24,039 nt of DNA from a virus. Its lineage: Duplodnaviria; Caudoviricetes. Numbering within the stretch: the stretch's first letter is position 1; each line of letters begins with the position of its first letter. The position numbers were made by a program, and so were the translations under genes. The stretch covers positions 1 to 24,039 of the IMG/VR virus record IMGVR_UViG_3300032295_000199; one strand, written 5' to 3'. The notes below the pieces were generated by a model. The model was not told the DNA's origin, searched no databases, and saw only the letters and a list, made by a program, of their open reading frames with translations. Positions 16,631 through 24,039 of this stretch are shown one piece after another.

Positions 16631-19600
16631 ATGGAAAAAGCATTCTTCGATTCGCCCATCTTCTCCATTTCCCCCTATGAGGCAATGGAGATGCGGCACA
16701 AGGCCCAGCAGACCCCCGTCATCGATCCCGACATTCAGGAGATCGTGGATGGCTACGGCGGTCGATTCGCCCTCGGAAACCGCAACACGGATACGGGACG
16801 AATCGGGTGGTATCTGGGAGAAATTCTTGCGACCCCCTTTGCCGATGAGGAGGATGCTCCGCTCAATCTGACCAAGACCAAGGCCGAGTTCGATCCAATC
16901 AACGATGACCTGACCTTTGGTCTGGACAACAACATCGATGGAATTCTCGACAACATCTCGGATATTCCATTTGAGCATTGGGACTACCTGTTCTCTGCCA
17001 GCACCTTTGGGCAGTTGAAGGATCGCGTCCGGTTCGTCAAGGCAGGACTCCCTCAGGCTCAGGCTCTGGGCACGGGCGGCATCGTTGGAACCTTGGGCGA
17101 CATTGGGGGCATGGTGGCCCTAGGAATGGCCGCAGAGCCGCTTGTGCTGGCTGGACTGGGCACCACGACTACGCTGGCAGGGAGGGCTGCTGCTTCGTCT
17201 AGCGGCATGTTCCGAACCCAGTTGGTGGGACAGGCAGCCATGGAGGCCGCAGCAACGCTCAGCCGAACTGGCCTGACTGCTCGGTATGCTGCAATGGGTG
17301 CGGCTGAAGAGATCGTCTACCAGAGCATCCGCAACGGCATCGATCCGGTCTACTCCCCCGAAGCCTCCAGCGTCATCTACGACATCGCCTTCTCGTCTGG
17401 CGTGTCGGGCATCCTCGGTGGTGCCGTCTTTGGGCGTACCTTCGCCAAGGACCAGATTGAGGAAGCCGCCAAGGCCCTGAAGGCCGAGAAGACGGTGAAT
17501 CTGCCCGGTGGCTGGACGGTCTCCTACGACTCGCGTCTGGCCTTTGATTCCCCTGCTGCGGCTGATCGAATGCTGTTCGCCGCCGGGACGGGGAATATTC
17601 AGGAAGAGGCTGACAAGATTGCCAAAAGCCTGTGGGCTGACTGGGAGCGAAGCCCGAGGCGGGTGGATCTTGCCATCCCCGGCACTCGCTCCGTGTCTCT
17701 CCCGGTCATCGACCCCACCTTGGTCACCAAGTGGTCGAATGTCTACGATATCGGAGACACGCTGATCCCTCTTACCGCAAACGAGGGCTTTCAGGCATAC
17801 TCCCGTCAGGCGGTTCTGAGGGGGCGGTTCAGGGGCAAGCCCGGAAATGTGGTCGGTCTCCGCTCCGCGATCAAGGCAGCGGCTTTTGAACTGTCGGTCG
17901 CTGGACTGAAGTTGGATGAAGCCACTTTTGCCAAGATCGGACAGGCCATCGTCAAGGTCGAGCGGCAGAAGTTGGTCGCCGGAGCCTTCAACAAGGCATT
18001 CTGGGAAGAGGTCAGCAAGGATCTCCCGGCTGATGTCGTGGCCAATCTGCGGAAGCCAAATGAGCGCACCTTCATCGGAGGAATTGATCGCAGCCTCATG
18101 GATCTCTCCCAGAGAGAGGACATGGTCGATGCGATCTGGGATTCGTTCAAGACCAACAAGCACCTATCTGGCGGCAAGTTGACCGCTGACGGCCAGTCCT
18201 CGCTCATTTTTCAGGTCTTGCAGCAGTTGCGTCAGCGCGGAGCCACGGTCAACCGCGAAGTCGTGGCGGATGTGATTGACGAACTGCGGCGCATCTCGCA
18301 GAACCCACCGACTCGGGTCAACGCCAAGGGCAGGAAGGTTCTGGACACCAACGCCCGTAGGCTTGCCGTGGCTCAGGTCATCAACAAGCGGGTAAAGGAC
18401 GGCAAGGAAATCTACCTTCCGCCGAGCCTTGTCAACAAGATGAATGTGGTCCCGGCTACCCGTGCTGGCGTGGCTGCCGCCGGAAGTACACCTTCTGGTC
18501 TTCCCGGTTCTAGCGATTTTAGTGATGTGCCCCTTCTTCAGAGGTTTTTGACCGAGCGTCTTCCGATCTGGGAGAAGTGGGGTAATCAGGCTGCACGAAT
18601 GATGCAGTCTAAAAACGGTGCTGTCCGATTGATCGGGCATCTGTCGTTCAACGCTAGAAAGGCTCTTAACAAGGCTCAGCCGCAGACGATCTTTGAGTTT
18701 GGTTCATCCATCCTGCATCACATGCAGTTTGCCTTCATGCGTGGATACCGGAACCAGTTCATCCGGTTTGCCCTCGGCGGTGGCACCAACAATGTCCCCA
18801 TGGACAAGGTGACTCTTGCCACCTACATGAAGAATGCCTTTGGCAACAAGGAACTGCGGCGGGACTTCAATCGCCGTGTGGCCCAGCAGTTGAGGACGGG
18901 AGTCTATGACGATGCCGTGGAGGCCGTAAATGATGCGGCCAAGGGATTCCGCGAGATCTTCAACAAGATTCACGCCATGGCTGCGGAAGTGGGCCTTCGC
19001 GGCTTTGACAAGTCTGCCGTTGTCAACTACATGCCACGCCTGTGGCGTTGGGACAGGATCCGCCGTCTTTCTACGACTCCTGAGGGCAAGAAGGATTTGA
19101 CTCGGCTGATCAAGGCTGCGATTGACCAAAACGGTCGCAAGGTCGTGATCGATGGGGTGGAGCAGACGATTAAGGGGGATATCGACGCGGCTGCCACGGC
19201 GTTTACGGAAAGGCTGATCTCTATTGCCCAGAAGACCGAGAATGCCCCGATGACGGAGCAGGATCAGGAACTGGTCGAGGCTCTCGGTGATCTGCTTGGT
19301 CCGGTCAAGGCCACGACTCCCAGCAAGACTCCCTTCGGTCGCGCCCGAATCCTGCTGAACGAACAGGCCGCTGTCCAGACCGTCAACGGTGCTGATCACC
19401 TTGGTGACGGCAAGACGGTCTTGTCCATCGCTGATCTGACCAACGATGACCTTCCGTTCGTCTTCAAGAAGTATGTGACCTCCATGATGGGGGCGATCAA
19501 CGAGAAGCGGCTGATCAACGCCTTCAACGAAGAACTCAGGATCCGTGGTGTCTTTGGTCCCGAGTACACCACCTCTGATGGGACGGTCCTGAAGAACACG

Positions 19601-21025
19601 GTTGAAGTCACGACCATCGATGAGATGATTGGACTTGCTCGAAAGATCGGTGGGGAAATTGATCCGGGCCATGAGGAGGGCTTTCGAGAGGTCATTGCTG
19701 CTCTGCGGTATGAACCGCTGCATCACGGCACCACCGGAGTGCTGGACAGGGTCCTTGGCATTGCCATTCCCTACGGCTACCTCACCACGGGTGGGCAGTT
19801 TGGTCTCGCCGCCATGGGCGAAATGGCCCGTATCGTCGGAACCTTGGGTTTCTTCCAGATGATGCGTCAGATGCCCATTCTTCCGGAGATGATCGGCAAC
19901 TGGAAGAACATGGACAAGGATGCCCAGAACTTTGCATCCTTCATCGACACTTGGTTTGCCCCCTCGACCGACCGTATGCGTCGAGCATTCATGGAAACCG
20001 GGCAGTCCGATCCTTCCGCCGGGATCCTGAAGCGTGGGCTGGACAGCACGGCAAACCTGATGTCGGATATCACCTTCCTCGCTCCGATTACCAGTTTCAC
20101 CCAGCAGTTGACGGCGGCTACGACCATTCAGCATCTGTATGAAGTCAGCAAGGGCGTGACTTCTCGGATGGACAACGCCACCTTGCGTACCCTCGGTCTG
20201 GAGCCCGAGCAGTACCAGAAGATCATCGACTTTGTTGGAGCCAATGCCGAACTTCGCAACGGATTCCTCGGGGAGCGCGTCACGAATCTGAAGAACCTTG
20301 ATGCCAAGGAAATGGACTTGGTCAAGGCGTTCGTGCAGCGAACCGTGGATACCCGAATCCAAAGTATCCCGACCCGAGGCGACTTCCATAAGTTGGCCTT
20401 TGGCTTTGCTGGACGGCTGTTCACTCAGTTCCGCACCTTCAATCTGAAGGGCATCGACAACTTCCTGATCCAGAATGCTGGTCGTACCTCCAAGGGAGCC
20501 GGGATTCAGGTTGCCAAGGAAATCGGTGCGACCATGATGCTCAGCGGTCTGATTGCATATGCACGAAACTATGCAGACTGGCGTTCTCAGGTGGCTGCCG
20601 GAAATAGTGAGGCGGCCAATGAAACTGAGAAATTGCTGACCGTTGACGGAGCCCTACGAGGTGCAGCCATGGGTCCTTCGGAATTCTTCCTTCCGACCAC
20701 CGCCACGGATTTTGTGTGGAAAACCTTGGCCGACAAGGATCCCCTGTTCTCGCCCTACCGCTACAGCGGCTTGGATTGGTACGGCTTCCCCGGTCAGGCA
20801 GCGGTTTCCCGGTCGTGGGCCGTTGGCAAGGACCTCTACGGAGCCTCCGTGGGTGATGCGTTCGACCTGTCTATTGAGCGTGAGATCACCCGTGGAACCC
20901 TCCACAAGGCCAGACTGCTGCTTCCGGGCCAGAACATGCCCATCCTGAAGCAGTACTTCAACATTCTTGAGTCGGACATCGCTACTGAGTACAACCTCCG
21001 GAAGACCCAGCCCCGCAGGGATTGA
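16631..21025 (+). CDS. Large internal virion (ejection) protein, gp16-like
   Basis: 1464 aa, Gly/Ala-rich hydrophobic N-terminal segments, NYMPRLW and GRLFTQFRTF motifs typical of gp16-like C-terminal regions; precedes tail fibre. Confidence 0.8.
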   Translation: MEKAFFDSPIFSISPYEAMEMRHKAQQTPVIDPDIQEIVDGYGGRFALGNRNTDTGRIGWYLGEILATPFADEEDAPLNLTKTKAEFDPINDDLTFGLDNNIDGILDNISDIPFEHWDYLFSASTFGQLKDRVRFVKAGLPQAQALGTGGIVGTLGDIGGMVALGMAAEPLVLAGLGTTTTLAGRAAASSSGMFRTQLVGQAAMEAAATLSRTGLTARYAAMGAAEEIVYQSIRNGIDPVYSPEASSVIYDIAFSSGVSGILGGAVFGRTFAKDQIEEAAKALKAEKTVNLPGGWTVSYDSRLAFDSPAAADRMLFAAGTGNIQEEADKIAKSLWADWERSPRRVDLAIPGTRSVSLPVIDPTLVTKWSNVYDIGDTLIPLTANEGFQAYSRQAVLRGRFRGKPGNVVGLRSAIKAAAFELSVAGLKLDEATFAKIGQAIVKVERQKLVAGAFNKAFWEEVSKDLPADVVANLRKPNERTFIGGIDRSLMDLSQREDMVDAIWDSFKTNKHLSGGKLTADGQSSLIFQVLQQLRQRGATVNREVVADVIDELRRISQNPPTRVNAKGRKVLDTNARRLAVAQVINKRVKDGKEIYLPPSLVNKMNVVPATRAGVAAAGSTPSGLPGSSDFSDVPLLQRFLTERLPIWEKWGNQAARMMQSKNGAVRLIGHLSFNARKALNKAQPQTIFEFGSSILHHMQFAFMRGYRNQFIRFALGGGTNNVPMDKVTLATYMKNAFGNKELRRDFNRRVAQQLRTGVYDDAVEAVNDAAKGFREIFNKIHAMAAEVGLRGFDKSAVVNYMPRLWRWDRIRRLSTTPEGKKDLTRLIKAAIDQNGRKVVIDGVEQTIKGDIDAAATAFTERLISIAQKTENAPMTEQDQELVEALGDLLGPVKATTPSKTPFGRARILLNEQAAVQTVNGADHLGDGKTVLSIADLTNDDLPFVFKKYVTSMMGAINEKRLINAFNEELRIRGVFGPEYTTSDGTVLKNTVEVTTIDEMIGLARKIGGEIDPGHEEGFREVIAALRYEPLHHGTTGVLDRVLGIAIPYGYLTTGGQFGLAAMGEMARIVGTLGFFQMMRQMPILPEMIGNWKNMDKDAQNFASFIDTWFAPSTDRMRRAFMETGQSDPSAGILKRGLDSTANLMSDITFLAPITSFTQQLTAATTIQHLYEVSKGVTSRMDNATLRTLGLEPEQYQKIIDFVGANAELRNGFLGERVTNLKNLDAKEMDLVKAFVQRTVDTRIQSIPTRGDFHKLAFGFAGRLFTQFRTFNLKGIDNFLIQNAGRTSKGAGIQVAKEIGATMMLSGLIAYARNYADWRSQVAAGNSEAANETEKLLTVDGALRGAAMGPSEFFLPTTATDFVWKTLADKDPLFSPYRYSGLDWYGFPGQAAVSRSWAVGKDLYGASVGDAFDLSIEREITRGTLHKARLLLPGQNMPILKQYFNILESDIATEYNLRKTQPRRD

Positions 21026-21042
21026 ATCTAAGGAAACTTTCA

Positions 21043-22530
21043 ATGGCAAACAGTTACCAACTCTATACCGCTAACGGTTCAACCACCGATTTCAGCCTCG
21101 TCGGCATCGATGGATGGATCTCCAGCGGCTTTCTGAAGGTCTATGTCAATGATGTCCTCCAGACCACGGGGTACACCCTTCAGGATCTGACCACGGCCAG
21201 CCCGTTCGTCCGCTTTACCACGGCTCCGGCCAACCTTGCCATTGTGCGCCTTCAGCGAGAGACCCCGAACACGGTCTCCGGCTTCCAAGGCAATGTGGTG
21301 AACTTCAACGATGCCTCCGTGCTGACCGAGCAGGACCTCGACAACATGGCCAAGGGCCTCCTGCACATCGCTCAGGAAGCCGAGGACACGGGCTCTGGTG
21401 CCCTTCCGCTGAACCTTCAGCAGACCCATTGGGATGCCGGGTCAAAGCGGCTGACGGCCCTCTCTGACGGCCTGAATGCTCAGGATGCCGTCACCATGGC
21501 CCAGTTGACCAGCGCGACCCTGTACGGCGGGGCTGCCACGACTCCTCAGGTCTGGGCTCACACGGGAACGGGAAGCGATACTTATGCCCTAAGCCCCGCC
21601 CCCCTCAGCACCACTCGCGAGATGTTCCTTGTGGAGCGCGGAGGCGTGATCCAGAATCCGAATACTTATACGATCACCACCAGTAGCATCGTGTTCGACT
21701 CGGTGGTTCCAAACGGAATGTCGATCAGTATTCGCAACCTCGGTGTTGCCCGAAACATCAACGAGTCGGTCACCTCGGCCATGCTGGTCAACGACTCGGT
21801 GACTGCCGCCAAGATTGCCACGGGTGCCGTTGGGTCTGATGAACTGGCCGCCAACTCGGTCATCACGGCGAAGATCGCTGACGATGCCGTGACCTACGCC
21901 AAGATGCAGAATGTCTCGGCTACCGATAAGGTGCTTGGGCGTTCTACTGCTGGTGCGGGAGATGTGGAAGAGATCACTTGCACCGCTGCTGGTCGGGCTT
22001 TGCTTGATGATGCCAATCCGGAGGCCCAGCGAACGACTCTTCAACTGGGTGCGTTGGCCATCAAGAACACGATTGTCGCCGCTGATGTTGCTGCCGGGGC
22101 TGGAATTGAACTGGCAAAACTCCAGACAATCAATGCTGACCGCGTTCTTGGTGCGGTGACCACCGGGGCTCCCACGGCCATTACTTGCACCTCCATCGGT
22201 CGAGAAGTCCTTGCGGCCACGACCGTTGGAGAAGGACAGGCGGCCATCGACGCTATTGGATATCCCGTACTGGCTGGAAGTGCGGTTGGTCGTTGGGTTC
22301 CGCTGTCGCACACCGTTGGAGCATCCGCCGGAACGACCTTGCTTTCAACGGTGAATGGCAACATTACTGCCGGAACTTGGGCGGTTGTTTGGTTCGTCTT
22401 TGGCGGGGCTGGAGCATATGACTCATCGCATTTGGCGACCATGGCTCACAACGCCGCAATTTCAACGATTCCCGGCTACACCGCCGCAAACGGTCAAAAG
22501 ATCGGTGGCTTCGCCATCCGCATTGCTTAA
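21043..22530 (+). CDS. gp17: Tail fibre protein with T7 gp17-type N-terminal anchor
   Basis: YTANGSTTDF, LKVYVNDV, LQRETP, VNFNDASVLTEQDLD...HIAQEAED anchor; DAVTMAQL; shaft repeats. ATG at 21043 with TAAGGA upstream. Confidence 0.9.
   Translation: MANSYQLYTANGSTTDFSLVGIDGWISSGFLKVYVNDVLQTTGYTLQDLTTASPFVRFTTAPANLAIVRLQRETPNTVSGFQGNVVNFNDASVLTEQDLDNMAKGLLHIAQEAEDTGSGALPLNLQQTHWDAGSKRLTALSDGLNAQDAVTMAQLTSATLYGGAATTPQVWAHTGTGSDTYALSPAPLSTTREMFLVERGGVIQNPNTYTITTSSIVFDSVVPNGMSISIRNLGVARNINESVTSAMLVNDSVTAAKIATGAVGSDELAANSVITAKIADDAVTYAKMQNVSATDKVLGRSTAGAGDVEEITCTAAGRALLDDANPEAQRTTLQLGALAIKNTIVAADVAAGAGIELAKLQTINADRVLGAVTTGAPTAITCTSIGREVLAATTVGEGQAAIDAIGYPVLAGSAVGRWVPLSHTVGASAGTTLLSTVNGNITAGTWAVVWFVFGGAGAYDSSHLATMAHNAAISTIPGYTAANGQKIGGFAIRIA
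21760..21909 (+). repeat. Five tandem 10-aa shaft repeats in tail fibre
   Basis: NESVTSAMLV / NDSVTAAKIA / TGAVGSDELA / ANSVITAKIA / DDAVTYAKMQ. Confidence 0.8.
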
Positions 22531-22539
22531 AGGATCCAC

Positions 22540-22914
22540 ATGCCGACCATCCTCAATCCCGCAATGACCTCTGGTCTGCTCAAGACCGCCAACAAACTGT
22601 CGGAGATGGCTGCTGATCAGGAGACTCAGGAAGATGCCATGGGCAACATCGGGGTCAACTACGCGATCCCGGTTGGAACCATCCTGCCTTACGGAGGCAC
22701 AGTTCTTCCCGGTGGATTCCTGACTTGCAACGGAGCAGCCGTGAGCCGTACCGGGTATGCAGCCCTGTTTAGCATCATCGGCACGGCCTTTGGCTCCGGC
22801 AACGGCACGACCACATTCAATCTCCCGAATGTCACGGGAGGACTGACGGTATCCTCTGGAACCGTGGCTTACATCATCAAGTTCGACTTCGTCAGCGGAT
22901 TGGCCCCGGCATGA
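22540..22914 (+). CDS. Phage tail collar domain protein
   Basis: IPVGTILPYGG...PGGFLTCNGAAVSRTGYAALFSIIGTAFGSGNGTTTFNLPN and terminal YIIK. Confidence 0.88.
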   Translation: MPTILNPAMTSGLLKTANKLSEMAADQETQEDAMGNIGVNYAIPVGTILPYGGTVLPGGFLTCNGAAVSRTGYAALFSIIGTAFGSGNGTTTFNLPNVTGGLTVSSGTVAYIIKFDFVSGLAPA

Positions 22915-23135
22915 GCCTCCACAACGAGTCCGAAATAATGCTGGCCATCGGTCGCCTTGAAGGCAAGGTAGACACGCTGATCCAGATGCAACGAATGCAG
23001 GAAGACCAGATCAAGAACCATGAAGAACGACTACGGCAACTGGAGCATTCGCGGTCTTTTGCTATGGGCATGGCTGCGGCTGTCGGGGCTGGGGTCTCTG
23101 TTGCGCTCAATCTCATTGTGAAAGCACTCTCCTAA
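22911..23135 (+). CDS. Coiled-coil plus C-terminal TM protein (holin/XhlA-like)
   Basis: IGRLEGKVDTL...HEERLRQLE then hydrophobic FAMGMAAAVGAGVSVALNLIV; sits in the T7 gp17.5 holin position. Confidence 0.65.
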   Translation: MSLHNESEIMLAIGRLEGKVDTLIQMQRMQEDQIKNHEERLRQLEHSRSFAMGMAAAVGAGVSVALNLIVKALS

Positions 23136-23144
23136 AGGAACAAC

Positions 23145-23483
23145 ATGGCAGTCATTCGCGTCATCAATGCACAGACGATCTCTACCTCTCCAACCGACTC
23201 CTCCTCGGTCGCACCGGATCTCCAGCCTGACCAGTATGGCACGGTGATTGTCACCCACAGCGGGTCCCGTCTGGCTGCTGGCAGCACCGTCGCGGCCTTC
23301 CTTCAGGGTTCGCTGGATGACGGTACGACTTGGTTCGACATTGAGCCCATGAAGCCCAGCGATACCACCTACATCAACGGCAATGCCAATTCGTGGTGCC
23401 GAGTCGTTCCGTTGGTGAAGATGCTGCGAGTCCGCATCGTCAACGGCGGTGGTCTGGTGTACAACGCTTGGGTGATTGAGTAA
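23145..23483 (+). CDS. Hypothetical beta-rich protein (possible virion accessory)
   Basis: AAGGA SD, LQGSLDDGTTWFDI motif, 112 aa. Confidence 0.65.
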   Translation: MAVIRVINAQTISTSPTDSSSVAPDLQPDQYGTVIVTHSGSRLAAGSTVAAFLQGSLDDGTTWFDIEPMKPSDTTYINGNANSWCRVVPLVKMLRVRIVNGGGLVYNAWVIE

Positions 23484-23498
23484 TCAACAGGAGCCGTC

Positions 23499-24039
23499 AT
23501 GGCATTGAGCAAGATCATCGCTTCTCGGCACAATCGCAGGACCACCCTGATCCCTTTTCCGGGCACGGTGGATGACGGCTCCACGCTCTCGCTCGACTTC
23601 ACCACGGGCGTCCTCGACCCGCGCCTTCAGTTCACGCGCACGACCAACGCCACCTTCATCAACTCGCAGGGGTTGGTGCAATGGGCTGACGCGAACTTGG
23701 TGACGGGGAGCGAATTGTGTGACCCGACTCTGTATGGGTGGAGCCAGCAACTAAATCCCGGATATCTATTCGATACATCGGTGAATGATCCATTCGGAAA
23801 TCCGGGTGTCCCGCGAATCACTTCAAACGCGACTTCTGGAAGTTCAGCAGTCAATAGTTCGTCATTTGCTGTATCCGCTGGTCTTACTTACACGCTCACT
23901 TTCTGGGTTCGCGCCGGAACTTCAACGACATTCCTAGTTGGTATCTATGACGCTGCTGTTCCACCAACAGGCGCGTTTGTTCCTGCAAGCGGCACAATCT
24001 TGAGTGGCCCCGGCAGCATCAGCGGAACTGGTGCGATTG
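23499..24039 (+). CDS. Fibre/head-spike-like protein, partial (runs off window; not in ORF track)
   Basis: AGGAG then ATG at 23499, open to the end: MALSKIIASRHNRR...TLSLDFTTGVLDPRLQFTRTTNATFINSQGLVQ...ANLV...TYTLTFWVRAG, resembling phage fibre and carbohydrate-binding-like modules. Confidence 0.75.
   Translation, partial: MALSKIIASRHNRRTTLIPFPGTVDDGSTLSLDFTTGVLDPRLQFTRTTNATFINSQGLVQWADANLVTGSELCDPTLYGWSQQLNPGYLFDTSVNDPFGNPGVPRITSNATSGSSAVNSSSFAVSAGLTYTLTFWVRAGTSTTFLVGIYDAAVPPTGAFVPASGTILSGPGSISGTGAI

Noticed and set aside
18704-20389. Long minus-strand ORF (561 aa), and similar ones at 10498..11958, 4989..6293 and 17120..18163
   Set aside because: Antisense shadows of strongly biased sense genes: rare TTA/CTA/TCA codons give few antisense stops. 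No motifs, and they lie within or span confident + strand genes.
1-24039. CRISPR arrays, tRNA genes, DGR/reverse transcriptase, integrase, stop-codon recoding
   Set aside because: No repeat-spacer structure, cloverleaf or relevant motifs seen. Core genes are full length under the standard code and all three stop codons are used.

Overview
A 24 kb, roughly 60% GC (estimated by eye), entirely + strand segment of a T7-like podovirus (Autographiviridae-type) genome. It runs from the end of the replication module (ThyX, a tandem-HTH protein, family A DNA polymerase, a free-standing LAGLIDADG ORF, 5'-3' exonuclease, a DUF1599/Nmad1-like protein) through the structural module (portal, scaffold, major capsid, tail tubes A/B, gp13-like, internal virion proteins, tail fibre, tail-collar protein, holin-like protein, and fibre/decoration genes cut by the window end). 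No RNA polymerase, primase/helicase, terminase or endolysin is recognisable in the window. Main departures from the T7 plan: (1) a three-gene membrane cassette (2-TM protein, amphipathic-helix protein, overlapping lipoprotein) plus a terminator between scaffold and capsid; (2) apparent complete avoidance of AGCT and CCWGG; (3) a tandem HTH protein with a sigma70 region-4-like half; (4) a LAGLIDADG gene coupled to the polymerase stop; (5) a cupin-like gene inside the ejection-protein block; (6) a ~30 aa capsid E-loop insertion and a structured capsid leader. All assignments come from motif recognition and synteny by eye; no searches were run.
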